Part shown: one piece after another, positions 36,301-50,381 of the stretch
Position numbering within the stretch: the first letter of the stretch is position 1
How the letters are laid out: each line of letters opens with the position of its first letter
Assembly: GCA_010093815.1 (NCBI GenBank)
Contig: ML996566.1
Length of the DNA stretch: 64,000 nt
From: Pseudovirgaria hyperparasitica
Taxonomy: Eukaryota
Direction: 5' to 3' (one strand)
Notes under the pieces: generated by a model
What the model was told of the DNA's origin: nothing
Database searches by the model: none
What the model saw: only the letters and a program-made list of their open reading frames with translations
Translations under genes and position numbers: made by a program

Positions 36301-39191
36301 AAAAGGTTCATTTCCCCTTTCGGCTTTGGACGCTTTTGCCGTTCGGCCGGAGGGGTTTGCTGAATCTTGTGGTGAATCAACATAGATTGTCTTATGACTG
36401 GATAAGTGGATCAGATGGAGGATAAGTTTTTTAGGAGTTTGGATAAAGGGGGAAAAGACGGAAAAATTGTGTGGCTGTCGGGCGACACGTGCACGAAGTC
36501 CCCGTCGGAGACAGCGAGAGGCCTGTGGAAAGCGATGACGGTGGGGTACGGAGCTCGAGAGTGCAATCTTGGAGATGAGGCCTAGCCCAGCGCCGTTGCT
36601 CAGCCGCCGATCACGCTATGGAGAGGGGTCGATTGTGTGTGGATTTGAAGTGAGTTATGCTTTATAATGCACGTGATATACCATGCCAGGGTGGAAGTAA
36701 CGGGGCGGAATATGAAATCCACTCCACGTACCAAAGCGAACACGGCGGTGGGCTGTTTCTTCGTCCCATTATTCTGTGGACGGATTGTGGCACGCGTGCT
36801 TCAAGCTTTTGACGGTTTGTGCGCGTGAGGCTTTCTGTGGAGCTCTGATGCAGGCAGGGTTTGTTCACTCTTGGCTTGGCTCATGGTTGAATACTTTTCC
36901 AGGAATTCGTGTTTCATTCATGAGCTAGTATGCTAATCGTGAAGTACTGTATTAAGAAGGTCTCGGGTAGATCTGGAATCTGTACTTGCACAGATGTTAG
37001 TAAGATAAAGTCTGAGACTAGGATACTTTTCTCGTTCAGGGTCGTAGAGTCGCAACGTTTCAATCTGTGCGATGTGGAGTCCGCCCGTAATAAGCGTCCC
37101 AGGCTCGGTGTTGTACGTTGCTCTTTTAGCGAACCGACGATTGTCAACCCAAATCGCCGACTGCGAATCTCGAAGACGAGTCTGAGATATGCATGGTTAT
37201 GTCTGAGGTCTGTTAAGAGATCACCGAGAAGCCTTATTTCCTGGTAGTCAAATCAGCTGCGTGTTGGGCTCTCATGTCTGTAAGTGAATTTAGAGAGGAA
37301 GCGTTGGAGCACTAGAAGACTATGGGCGCAAGCACCAAACGGGGATCTTCATTGATCAGGCGCCGCGCTGCCCGTTGATTGGTTCGACGATTGCTCATCT
37401 GCAACACGGGACGTGGAGTTTAAAAGTGAGTGGGGCATAAGCAAAATGCTCGACTTTGAGACTGGCTAAGCCTTGAAATCAGAGAAGGACATAGTGGTGC
37501 TCCAAACTACGTGTTCATCAGGCGCTGTCAAAAAAGAAATCTTCAAAAGATGCTTGAGTGCTCCAGTGACAAGCTCTTTATGTGAAGAAACAGCGGCTGG
37601 CTGCGAGTCAAGGATCGGCTGAGAACAAACTTTAGCCTTTAGAGGGCAAGGAATCCTTACATGGTCGAATATACCAGAAACGCTATCCATCCTGGTTATT
37701 ATCATGCAACCTCAACGCTGACGTGACAAGCACGGCATTAACCCCCAAGAGCATCGTGACGTACTGCCTGGCAGGTCGCAGGCTCTGATGCCTCTCCGTG
37801 CATTGGTCGGTTGACTGGGAGGAAGGAAGACGCTTCTGCAAGCTGTTGAAACGAAGATAACAGCATGCATGCATGTAACCAAGGACATGCCTTGATGCCG
37901 AAAAAGAAGCTCGTGGAAAGCAGCGGCTGTGGCTTCAGGAGTCAGGAGCCTACCGTATCTCGAGATTCAAGACATGGTCACATGGAGTATTCGATGATCG
38001 GATCGAGGCAGGGCAGACTCCCACAGATGGTCATGCGCCCTAGGAAAATATTCCTCCACCACCATGATACGAGATGCCGCCATCGAACAGGTGCGCGGGG
38101 AATGCTGATAAGACCTAAGCCGAGAGGATTTCCCCGCTGGATATTATTAATGAGACAACGACAGTGACAGAGGCGGTGGAGGCCAAACTGGACACCGTTA
38201 TGATGGATCGAGGTGGTGTGGTGTGAATCAGAGGAACATCAACATCGACATCCATTTTCATCGTTCACGGTCCAGCTCATGGATGTGCATGTCACTTTTG
38301 CTAGTGGACCAGTAGACCAATGCTATGCAAGTATGCAGCGGCTGTCCTATGTGTGGACCCCCTTGCAGCATTGCAGTGGATGTGATCTGATCTTTGGCCG
38401 TGTGTATGAAGAGTGCTGTGAACAAGACAAGCATAGTTGGCCTCGCATGCCTTGACGGGTTCGTACCTTGGTCAATCAATTCCATAAGCTGGATAAATGG
38501 GTAGATTATCATCGTCAGGACAGCCGTTGAATAAAAGTAGGTGCTCTCACCAGATATTCACAGCGCGCAAAAAAACGCACAAGAGGCACAGGGGGCAAGT
38601 ATACAAAGCACAAAACACAAGCACACACACACACATACACACACACACATACACACACACATTGCACACACCACCAACCCACCACCCTTCACCCTCTCAT
38701 AAACCCAGTCGTCGGACAAGGTCAAGGGGCCCCCCAATGGACTGCCGTTACCGCAACTAAGAAGATATTGGACCCCCTGCTCGGTCCTAAGCTGTGCTAG
38801 CGCCTCAAGCAGGGACCGCGTCGCCGTTATTTAGGGAGGGCGCAATTTCGCCAAACCCTTTTACTTACGCGCCCCAGCAATATCCTCTCTTCTTCCTCTC
38901 CTACTTTACTTTTGACTGACACCTGCCCCTTCGTCAACTCATCTTCCTTCCTCTCTACCCTCAACACTACTTCCTCTTCAGAGATACCCGGTTACCTTTG
39001 TCCGTCACCTCGTGCTGCTTCACTTGCCGCATCGTACTCGTGTTCGACATACACGATCAACTTTTTGCTATCCACTTTGTAATCTCGCCGTTGCTACACC
39101 GCTTCGTCGTCTTTTGTTCTTGACGTAGCCGTTCAAGCACCTCCCTCACTTTTTCGACTTCCACTTTTACCATATCGCTTGAACATCAACA

Positions 39192-41336
39192 ATGGCCGAT
39201 TCTCAACAGCCCGTTACCGTCGCCGAGCCTGTGGTCGCTGAGACAGCAGCAGTAGCACCTATTGTCGAGACACCCACCATTGTCGAGCCCACTCCGGCTG
39301 CCACTGAGACTACAGCTGCAACAACTGAGCCTGCCACGACCACTGAGACCACAGCTGTTGAGGAACCAAAGGTCGAGGAAACCAAGCCCGTCGAGCCAAT
39401 CAGCTCTGGTGTCCTCGGATACAAAGCCCCAGGTCTAGTCAAGTAAGCCTCGCCAGCTGGAGTTTCGGTGAAGAACTAGATCTGACACGCTACATAACAG
39501 GTCCCTCATCTTCTCAAAGAAGTACTTCTGGGTTGGTGACGAAGCAGTTCCAACCACCAGCTTGACCAGTTACCTTCGTGGCGAGAAGCCTGAAGTCGCA
39601 CACCCAACTGCAGCATGGTCCTCACAAACTGGCAAAGGACTGCTGTACTTTGTCAAGCATGCCGATGACAAAAAGGCTCCTGCTGGTGTACTCAACCTGG
39701 TAAGTGCGAAAACTTTGCCCATTATGACTAGACTAATGCTCTGAAGTCGGAGGCTACAGACTTCCAGAAGGACGGTGCAGTTGAATTGTCACTCAAGCTA
39801 CACGGCCATAAGCACTCCTTTCAGTCGAAGACGTCGGCCGAACGTGACGGCTGGTTCATGACCCTCGAGAAAGCCATCGAAGAAGCCAAGGCTGCTGCTG
39901 AGGGCATTAAATCAAGCGAGGGCTACAAAGAGACGCACGAAAAACTTGGTGAGTCGCTCTCAGAACTCAGGCGACACTAGCTAGCCACGCTTCCGCCCGT
40001 GCGACGCTAACATATCGCTCTAGCTAAGCCAGTCGGTGCCATCGCGGGAGCCGCCGCTGCTAAGGATGCCACGCCTAAGAAGAGCACCGATGTCAAACCC
40101 ACTGATGATGCCACACGTGCTGGATCCAGCAGCTCATCTTCAGACGAAGAGAAGAAAAAGGAGAAGAAGACTAAGAGCAAGAGTCGCTCAGTTTCTCGCA
40201 AGCGCCAGAGTCTTTTCGGTAGCCTGATGGGCAAGAAGGAAGAAAAGAAGGAAGAGAAGGCTGAAGAGAAGGCTGAGGAAGAAACTGCTGCCAAGCCAGC
40301 GGAAACCGAAGCTTCTGCTGTTGATGGCACGACTGGTGAGTAAATGCAGGTTTGACATGTATCACCGTATAGCTCACCCGAAACAGAAGCCGCACCTGCC
40401 CCCGTGGTGGAGGAATCCAAGGCAGTCGAGCCAGCACCTGCTGCCGCCGAGCCTGCCGTTGAGACTGAGACGAAGCCAAAGCCTGTTAAGCGTGGATCCG
40501 TCTTTGGTTCCTTCTTTGAGAAGGTTCGTAGTCCAACTTCCGAAAAGAAGGAGGCCGAAGTTGCTCCAGTTGTCCCCGCAAAGGAGGGCGAAGCTGCCGT
40601 TGCCAAAGAAGAAACGCCTGCTGTTGTCCCCGCTCCAGCTGCTGAGCCTGACGTGCCGGTACCGTCCGCCGTCGAGGCTGCTCCTGTCGAGGAGACCAAG
40701 GCCGAAGAGAAGCCTGTCACACCCGCGAAGGAGAAGAAGGCGTCTCCGTTCGGCAAGTTCTTTGGCTCAGTGAAGGACAAGTCGAAGACCGCTTCTGACA
40801 AGACCGCACCCAAGGAGGAAACTCCAAAGGTCGATGAAGAAGCACCGAAAATCGAAGAGGTTACTCCTGTTGCTGCCACTGAGCCTATTGAGCCTGCCGT
40901 CGAGGCCAAAGCAGATGAGGTGAAGGCTGAGGAGCCCAAGACCGAAGAGCCTGCTAGCGAGGCCGCTCCTGTGGAGCCCAAGGAGAAGCGCCGTTCTTCA
41001 TTCTTCGGAAACTTGACCTCAAACGTCAAGAAGGAGAAGAAGGCTGATGGAGAGACTGCTGAGGAGGCTAAGGACGAGAAGCACCCCTCGAAACTGAGCA
41101 GCCTCTTCCGCAATCCCAGCAAGGCTGTGAAGAGCAAGAAGGACTCCACTCCCAAGGCCGATGAAACCACTGAAACCAAGGAAGAGAAGACTGTTGAACC
41201 CGTCGCTGAGGAGCCCAAGGCTGAGGAGACCGCTGCTCCATCTGAGGCTCCCAAAGCCATTGGCGACGTTGTTCCTGATGCCGTGACTGTAGGGCAGGCC
41301 CCCACCACAACTCCCGCTGTCCAGGCCACTGCCTAA
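39192..41336 (+). CDS. PH-domain protein (Meu6-like PH) with long E/K/A/P/T-rich tail, multi-exon
   Basis: GVLGYKAPGLVK|SLIFSKKYFW, AHPTAAWSSQTGKGLLYF, PAGVLNL and HSFQSKTSAERDGW. KRQSLFG/KRGSVFG/KRRSSFFG repeats in the tail. Confidence 0.85.
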
Positions 41337-42382
41337 GCTTTAGTGGAACCGAAGCCTCAACGACCATGATGACAACGGGATGACGGAAAAGCCGCTTGTT
41401 TGACCGCCTCTTTGACAAGATACCCCAATGTTCACATTGGATTTTCACAGCATCAAAATCTCTCACACCTCATCGAAAAATCCTATCGACCTTTCCTCGT
41501 GTCTTTTAACCACCTATCCGACCTCGACACTCGTTCATACTGTGGAAATTATTGTGGCATTGATGTCTGGCGGGGTTATACTGTTGTATCCGATGGCCAA
41601 AGCCCGTTGGATGCACTGCGTTACTCTCCATTTTTATGTTTGTTTCTTTGTTCTGAGTTTCTAGATTGATACCACTGTCGTGTTCGGTTATTGCTTCATG
41701 CTCAATACCCCCTGATACCCTACTCCATATGAGTACGCACAGCCTTATCAGGTTTGTGTGAGCGGCCGCTAGGGCACCCTCACTTAATAATCTCTAATAG
41801 AAGATAGGTGGTACATTGGATAGATGATGCTTGTTATCGATGACCTCGCGAGCGCTTTGAGTGCCTGAAATTCCCGACTTACCATTAATTGGCGATTCGT
41901 CAGTCGTGGTCCGTGGACTCGTGGAGGTGCCCTGGTTGTAATTCGCTAAATCCTAGCAGACTTCTTGAGGTTTTCATGCGCATCAACCCTTGGTTTCCCT
42001 GCAGTCTGCCTGAGGTATGTAACACAAGGTGCAAGCGCAAATCTGCAGGTCATCATCGCACTTTCCAGTCGTTGTTCTAGTCGCAGAGGAGAGAAGAGCT
42101 TGTTAAGGTAATTAGCAAGCCACCTTAACTCCCAATTTGAGGTTAGAGCTCAGCCTCCGAGGGCGTTGGACTATGGGTCCAGCAGGCCTCGATCTCTCCT
42201 TGACCCTCTAGACCCCTCAACACCAACTCTCGCTCACGCGTTACTGCGCCCACTGGTGGTGTCTTCTCTCCTCGCACATACAAGACTTTATTCATGGTTC
42301 TCATCATCACTCCTTATCGTTGAGCTTTTTTCACACCTAACGAGGTAAAACAACTTGCTGCTGCGCAGCTGCAACATGCACG

Positions 42383-43560
42383 ATGGTAAGTAGAGAGCAC
42401 CGTACCTTATAGACAACTTCCATGGCAGAAGCAGTATGACTTGTTCTCTGAGCGATCTCGCACAATCTACCTTGCTTAGATAAGACCTTTGCGCGACCTT
42501 GAGACCCACCACTCTCGACCTTTGCGAATCACGCAGCCCCACGTCTTGTATTTAACTATCTTGACATAGAAAGCTAATCGATCTTTCCTTCCTAGGGCTG
42601 CTGTTTCTCTAGCGGCAGAAATACCAATGACTCCGGTAACCGCCCAGCCGGTGTCTCTTCTCAGCATATCGTATCTTCACAGAATATAAATACGTTCTCT
42701 CCGCATCAGTCCTCCTCTGCCGTAAACGATACCCCACGCGCTTCTCACAGTCGTCGACCGCTACAGGCCTCGGAGACGGACTCAGTGCGCTCCATAGCTC
42801 CAAACAGTCCTCTTAAAGCGATACCCTCTGCTCGCCGATCACATACGCCACACAAAGAAATATGGACGCTTTCAAGACTGCGGCGCGAAAGAGAAGAGTA
42901 CTTCGACACCCGCACCAGCGGGCGGTCTGAAACATGGCTCGTTGTGCGGAGCATTACGACTATGATACGCGACGGGAACGTCTCTGAGGCTCAGGCCATG
43001 CTCGATGCGGCCGGCTGCACATGCCCGACAGGAAGCTTGTGGAAGGGGGTTTGGGACGAGCTGGGTGCATACTATCCTGTTCCCGAGTGGGTCGTCGTCG
43101 AACCGGAGGAGCTGGCAGACGAAACAGACGATGACGAAGGCAAAGGTACCGCCGGCACCGGAGAGCCAGAAGACGTAGATGAGGAGGGCAGGACAGCGCA
43201 AGAGAGAAAGGACGAGAAAGGCAAGGGCAGGGCCATGGCAGTTACGGAGTCAGATGCTGGAAAAATAGTAAAAGTGCGGGCGCGACTAAGCGATCGATCA
43301 ACAGATGTGGTGATCAAAATAGGACAGGATGAGAAGATCAGCGTTCTGGTGAGGAGGATAAAGACGGCTGCTCAGGTATGTTGAGTTATCTGTCCTGTGG
43401 CTTACTTCTTTGATTTGGCTGACCACAATGCTAGTTACCAGTGACCACAAAGGTTAGAATCGGCTACCTTGGCAGAATACTCCCAGAACAACAGTCTCTT
43501 TCATCTCAAAACTGGAATCCTCAGCATATCGTCAACGCCCTGGTATTTGAGACCGAGTGA
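42383..43560 (+). CDS. UBTD1/2-like protein (DC-UbP N-domain plus C-terminal ubiquitin-like domain), MGCC N-terminus
   Basis: ATG at 42383-42385, then intron 42386-42595, gives MGCCFSS in frame with LRREREEYFDTR..SETW..CTCPTGSLWKGVWDELGAYY.VPEW. Intron 43376-43434 leads to RIGYLGRIL..W...HIVNALVF. Confidence 0.85.
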
Positions 43561-44545
43561 TTGGCCACTTACATCACAGATATCACCCCTTGATCTCTCT
43601 ACAGTTCGTTCTGGATTTTCGCACACCCAATTATCAGCCAAAAGCGCACTGTACGGTCCATTCTTACCCGGCTCGAAGTCTCTCAAATTCTCGCCGTCTA
43701 CCGTGCTTCACAACCACGAGCATAGTTGAGCAATTCTGTGCATATTCCTACTTATATCTTCCTTGGGATCCGAAGCCGATACCACCCTACCCACAAGCAT
43801 GGCGTTTGGATAGGATTCCCTTCTTTTACGAGTTTTGGACCAACCCTCTGGACTGTTTTCTGTATGGGCCTGTTACTACGGTGGACACATGATACCCGGA
43901 TTATATTTTGGTACTTTAAGCTCGCCTTCATTCATTGAATATCGCGAGACAATTACATACGTGTGCGGAATACGAATACATTGTGTATCTATAGAATCTG
44001 GCTCTCGAATGAAAGATTCTACAGAGCCACTGCTTTCATACCAGTTTGGAGTAACCCCGTGACTTCACTCGCGGGCAATAACGATACCATCTCATCGCTT
44101 CAACCTCCTTAACATCACCCTATCATAGTCAGAGAGATATGACTATATGATGAGAAAAGAACACTCATAGTGTCTGCCCAACAGCCTGTTTATGCAGCCA
44201 TCTTCATACCTTCACCGATATGCATCATCTCGATTGACAATTTTTTCGCACAAGATAGTCTCTTCTCCACCTGTTCGATGTGAGGCTGCTACTTACATGG
44301 AGGATTGAGATCGCGAATATCAGAACTGAATTGTGTCGTGAATGGATTATTGGCTGCTTAGTCAGTACGATATTTGCCAAGACGTGCACAGGCGGGTTCA
44401 CAACTGCGGCCTTGAGCTCCGGACAGCTTCAAGCTATCAACCATCAATCCTCGAAGCATCAAGATCGGGCCGCCTCAGCCATTTATCTCTCGCTACCTCG
44501 AAGACAACAGCCGTATCTCGTTGTAACTCTTACACCACCGCAACC

Positions 44546-45089
44546 ATGGTATGTCCTTGTGCCAGGAACAGCAGCATCCTCGATCACCACCATCATCATC
44601 ACTATCATGAACTAACATATCCAGTCTCTCCGCATCGCCCCAGCCGCCGCCCATCCCTCCCAAACAAACCCACACAACTCCGCCCCCTCAGCTCCAGGCG
44701 TCCACGACACCCTCCGCGCAAATCTCGGCCTCACCGCCGCCATCAACCCATCATCCTCGCAAGACCACCTCCAACCGCTCCAGTCCTCACATCCGCTCGA
44801 GGCCCGCCTCACCGCCTGGCGCGCCACCCAAGACAACCTCAAGATGCAGATGCTCAGGCGCCAATACGGCATCGCGGAGCCGGTACGACGGGGCATGGAG
44901 ATGAAGATTGTGCAGGCGGGTGAGTGGAGGCCCGCGGCGCTTGGGGCGAGTGCTGGGGTGCACAGTGATATTCTGGCGGGAAGGGATGCTGAGGTTGGGT
45001 GGGAGGATGTGTTTACTACCGGTGCTGAGATGCGGGATGGGCCGGATTTCCATACTGAGATGGAGCACAAGTTGAAGATGCATTCGTAG
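44546..45089 (+). CDS. UMP1: Proteasome maturation factor Ump1
   Basis: ATG|intron 44549-44624|SLRIAP. APSAPGVHDTLR, HPLEARLTAWRATQ, LRRQYGIAEPVRRGME, HSDILAGRD..WEDVF and FHTEMEHKL. Confidence 0.92.
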
Positions 45090-45657
45090 AGATTGAATTA
45101 GTGGAGAGAATAGAAGGCAAGCAGGGGCGATAATGCCAGCTTGAGTGAATGGATGAGAGATCATGCTATGTGCCTGTAGATTGGCACCTTCTCACGCACT
45201 GAAGCATCACGCTTAGCTGTACGATATATCAAAGTATAGATCAAATCAAATCAATCAACATCAAACTACGACACCGAAGCATATGTGAGGCAGTCGAAAT
45301 GGCGGTCAGTCTATCAACGATCATGTCTTCCAACATGTTTCAATGTGAATAATCTTGCGTGATGTCATTGCATATCTGATGATGCTATGTCTTCCTTCAA
45401 TGTACCAAACATCCATTGTACAGCATTACACCCCTACTCCAAACGATCGATTATAGACGCGCCCATTAACATATGACGAATATGTCCGACCCAACAGACT
45501 GACATAAAACTTTGTTACCAAGCGCCGTTGCACAATGCGAGACTGAGAGGTCCAAATGTTGCAAAAGAGAAAGAATGCCTGAGTGTCGTCCACCTGGTGG
45601 TGCTGCGGTAAAAACGAGCTGAATATGCAGTTCTGATAGGTCCAAGAGCATTACCAA

Positions 45658-46542
45658 TTATAAAATAACACATCTGCATCCGGTAGTACGTTCTTCCCCG
45701 TCACGGTCGCGGCCAGTACCACCTTTGCCAGTCCTTGCGTCTTCATCGTCGGCTATTTCCTGGGGCTTGATCGTCATATGTATCACATTTGGGGTCTGCT
45801 GTTGAAATCGACATTCTGTCGAGAAGTTCGTCAGTTATATATATCGTAGGATGACTCTCTACTAGCATACCTCTCAGTGGCGTCTTATCGTCGAGCATCC
45901 TCCCAAAATGAATTAGGCGGATATAACTTGGCGATGTCGGTCGTGGTTCCCATTCTACTCACCGCCACACATGTCAGCAGTCCGCTCATCTAAGAAATCT
46001 ATGCTCAATGGAGGAGTCGAACCTTCACGCCAGTCTCGCCATATCAGCTCCTTGAGTGTGTATACGCTAACGTTGAAGGGGTTCATGGACTCGACGTTGA
46101 CATTACGCTTCTTCAAATATTTCTCATCGAGCCTATATGGATGTCTTGCGCCCGTCGTTAGGAGTAACGTTATCATCACGGCCGGACCCGCCGCCGGATC
46201 TGTTTTTATTACGGGATTATCTGATGACGGACCAATGGCCTCGGTTTCTAATCGTTTAAGGCCAGTGGGAGGACGTGGCTTAGATTCTGAGGTTCTTGTC
46301 TCTATTTCTGAAGAAGGGCCTTCCATAGTGGTCTGTGGTATCGACATTTTGGGTTGGGTCTGTGAGGAGATGCCTGTCGATAAGGCTGCGGCATCGGTGG
46401 TGTCTCCGGAGACTTTGGCTGAACTCGAAGGTTGCGACTGTAGGTCGTTCATTTCGACTGCACTGGACAGTCGCTTGTCTTGCAAATGTCTCGTGGCTTC
46501 AGGGAGGTCAGCGGCCAGGGCGGTTGGAGACGTGGAGGCCAT
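45658..46542 (-). CDS. Membrane-anchored ubiquitin-fold protein (UBL3/MUB-like) with CaaX end, 3 exons
   Basis: ITLLLTTGARHPY, SVYTLKELIWRDWRE|EWEPRPTSPSYIRLIHFGRMLDDK, NVIHMTIKP and C-terminus GCRCVIL*. Confidence 0.88.
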
Positions 46543-47083
46543 GGATGACGGGTATAGTATGCGGCAGACCAGGGAGCAGAGCGCAAGGCTGCGACGGCTA
46601 ATGAGTGGATTTATACGTGGTACAGAACGCAAATGTTCAACTAGAGATAACAGGGACGCTGGGATGAAGCTCGTAAATGCGATGCACTTATGAAGTCAGA
46701 CCTGAGAGGATTACTGTGTACATGTCACTACCCACGACTAACAAACGCTTGCCTCAATCGTCCTGTCCTTCCTGGGGAAAGTGGCCTGAGCGCTCGCGCA
46801 GGATTTCGGAAGCTAATAACCGGAACTAGCACTGCTGCTGCACAGAAACTGATTGTACAGTATACGCAAATATCCCAGCCACTTGCCATGATTCATTCTC
46901 CGAATGTCTTCTTACCACCAATGACATATATTACACTATTTCTGGTAGGGTGTATCCATAAATAGAAGTGGAATTCGTAAATATCTAACTTCCGCTGCTT
47001 TTGTCTGCTTGACATAATGCTATTGCCTCTTTCGGAGATTTGTAACCCAACATCGTTTTCATTTGCGTGAGAGTCCCGGTGCT

Positions 47084-48298
47084 TCAGCTGACGAGGCTGG
47101 TATAATCTAATGGAACACCCCAGCTTATTGCAGCCACAATCATGGCTCCGAAACTGATTGTTGTTGCCATCACAAAGTTCACTGCGTTATTGTCCAATAT
47201 GTCTCGACCAACCTCCAGCTTTCTTGTCTCCTTGACTTCTGCTGCCTGAGACTGTCGCGATTTGTTCTGTCCTCTAGTATTGGCCGCGTTACTTTGAGAT
47301 ATCGCAGAAGTATGACCCTCGCTGCTCAGGCCTGCTCGCTTGCCGCGCGTGCTATCCCCAGCGTGCAGCAGAACCTTTCCTCCTCCTGCTCCTTCGACTA
47401 CCAAACCGCTATGAGTATCGACTACACTAGCCTGTAGCAAAGCTCCTAGTAGGGAGTCTAGAATGGTCCCACAGAAGCCAGCTGCGGTCATAGCTCCAAG
47501 ATATAGAATCCTTTGCTCCCATGTCCAAGAGCCCTCCATTTGAGTCGAAAGTCTTGCTGCACCACTAAGCTTTGCGGTAGCCGAGGAAGGCGGATTACAC
47601 CATGGTATGAGAATAGAGGAGACAGCGGATATGAGGAAGGACCCTCCGAAGCCAGCAAGTAGCCCGGCGAATGTCACACCTCCATTTGTGCCTTTGGGTA
47701 CAACCTTCCACGGTGCTGTTATGAGTCGTGGTGCTGTGGAAGAAAGAATCCCGAGTTCGGACGAGAGGGTATCAGCGGTAACAGCAGCATAATTTCTACA
47801 TGCCATTAGTCCCAACTCGTGAGTACTTTGACTCCTGCTTACGCCACTATCCCAACGACAAGAACATCGCTACCGCGTCTCCAACAGTGTTCGTTGGAGA
47901 AGTATTTGCTTCTCGGTCCCTGGCTGAGTACCCACGTATGCAGTAGTATAAGGATACTTGCAGCGAGGGAGTTGGCAAGGACCTGTGTGTGAGTTCTTGC
48001 GCCCTCCCCTCCGGAAGAGCCATTGGCCGACTGTGTTAGTCGGGCTTTGATCTCGTGTTTCACCTATCTGGATTGAGTCCTTTGCTCTGTAATAGAGTTC
48101 CGAGCATCTCACCTTTGTAGCTGCCGTTCCAGCGAGAAAGAAAGTCGCTAAAAGTGCGAAGAAGACACTCCAAGGGTGAATGGCATGAGTTATAGCTGTT
48201 ACGAAAGCAGTGACTATACCTAGTGGAGTGAGCGACTTTCGAGAGTATGCTCGATATACAAGAGCCGAGATAGCAGGTACTGCAATGATTGGCTTCAT
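47084..48298 (-). CDS. DUF92/TMEM19 family integral membrane protein, 3 exons
   Basis: RKSLTPLG, ATKVKH, GARTHTQVLANS, YAAVTADTLSSELG, VPKGTNGGVT, DSLLGALLQ and LDNNAVN. Confidence 0.9.
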
Positions 48299-48827
48299 AG
48301 CTCCAAGAAGCCCACGGTCCGGGGAGATGAGTTGTTGTATTCATTGAGGGTCTCGCGCAAGCGCTGCTTATTCCGGCCTTTGCCCGCTAAGTGCGTCATG
48401 AGATACCCAGGAGCTACCAACGCGGAAGTCTACGTGTTTATAATAATAGCTCCAGATCAGATGATTCTACATTGCTCAAAAACCTCGCCCTCAGCATGAT
48501 ACTATACTATAAGCTTCATTATAAACGCTATAAAATCCTGAACTCCATAAGAGCAACACAGAACACCTCTAAGGTTGGAAACTCTATATTGATCGCGTAC
48601 TATAAGCTATGCTAGACATCATACTTCTCAACCATCATGTTATGCATGTATGGAAATCCACCAACTTATTTCAGCGCAAGTCTCGAACAGTGCCCAGTAC
48701 CGGCTAAGAATACAATCTCATAAAAGAAAAATGATCCACTAAATGTGTATCCCGCTACACCCTCGCCTCTATTTGTTTACGTGCGCCTTCGATTGCCATT
48801 GATGTCAATATACGCCAGACACGGGTT

Positions 48828-49797
48828 CTAGATCTTGTTGCAGTCCAATTCGAACTTGGGTGTGCGATCAGCCTTCATCACTCCCCACTTAGTCTCGTCT
48901 TTGGCCTGACCGTTGTCACCAACACTGCTGGGCTTCCATGGCTCGTCGAATGCCTCAAATGAAAATACATTGTAGCCCCAACCGATGAGACCGCAAACAC
49001 CCTCATCGTAGTATCTTTTGGCGTTGTTTGTGCCGGCTTTGGCATCTTCGTAGTCGGTTGCTCCGTCGGTGGGCCAACCGGTCTCACCATTCCAGAGTTC
49101 AATGTTGGTGTTACCGGCAACGGATTGGATATGTTTAAAAGCTTGCATGAGGTCGTCAGCGTAGGTGTGGGTTGCATTGTTGATGTCTTGGCCTTGCCAG
49201 TATCCGAAGGCGTTAACGAAGCTACTCTATGATCAGTGTGTGTGAGAGCTGTAAGGCTCGGAGGACTCACATCATATCGACGCCCCCCTTGATGACGGCA
49301 TCACCAGTTCCATCAGCCCACTTGTTCCATGAGTCGGCAGTGCCGACTTTGATCTTGTCGCCGAGCATGCCCTTGACTTCCTTGATTTTGCTGAGAAGCT
49401 CCTCACCGGTGAAGTTTCCACGATAAAGAGTCTCCGATCCGACCGTTACACCATAGATCTGATCGGCGTAGTCGCCAGCATGTTCAGTGATAGCTTTGGT
49501 GTCTGCATCAAAAGACTCCTGCACATCAGGCCAGATACCCAGCACGACCTGAAAGCCCTTAGACTTTGCAGCTGGGAGAATATTCTTGGCAGCATCGCAG
49601 TCGGAGGCAGCGTATCCACGGACCAGTTTAGACCCGGAGTGGGAAGAGATGGCTTCGAAGTCAGCCTCGTAATCGGATTGAGACTTGCAGTTTCCATCGC
49701 CCATCTTAGTTCCCAATGCAAAGCCAAGAACGCCATCAGCGGAGACAACTGTAGGGGCAAAAATCGCCGCAGTAGCGGCAATAGTAGCGAAACGCAT
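48828..49797 (-). CDS. BGL2: GH17 glucan 1,3-beta-glucosidase/transferase (Bgl2/Bgt1), 2 exons
   Basis: Signal peptide, VLGIWPD, VTVGSETLYR, VGTADSWN, NAFGYWQG, GETGWPT and FEAFDEPWK. Confidence 0.92.
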
Positions 49798-50381
49798 CGT
49801 GAAGTATTGAGGCGTGGAAATCGATGAAATGAGCGCTAAAGGGTCGTTCAAAGTCGAAGAAAGGTCAAAAAGAACGTAGATTGCCAACCAGAGCTATGTA
49901 ACGTAAGGTAAAGTCTGAAAGAGAGCGTCTGAAAGAGTGTAAGACGCAACGAGGAAGTAAAAGTGCGGAGAAACAGTGACGAGATGCAGAGTGGAAGTTG
50001 GAGAAGGGGGATTTTGGTTTCGGCCGCTGGGCCTTGGCGGCTGCATGGAACTCCAATCTGCAGGAGGAAAATCCACCTGGCCAGAAAGGGGAGTTTGGCG
50101 CTAGCGTCCGTTTTGGTCTAGCTCTTATACTTGTGCTCAAATAAGCTCCAACGCGTACCCTGATGGACGCAGACGACTCTGAGACTGCGTCATTCCGGCC
50201 GTCGTGTATGTTTGCTTCGACTGCATCTACACAAGACTCACTGACCCAGTCGTTTACCACAGAGCCGGGCTCCATTGTGTATCGTATCTCTTCACCCAGA
50301 AGAGCAACTCACTACTAGTCGTGGTCGTGGTCGTTCAGGTATAGAGGAACACGGAGAACGCAGCTGCCAAAAGAGCTTGTC

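Noticed and set aside
40007..41329. 440-aa minus-strand ORF
   Set aside because: Antisense shadow of the codon-biased low-complexity tail of the PH gene.
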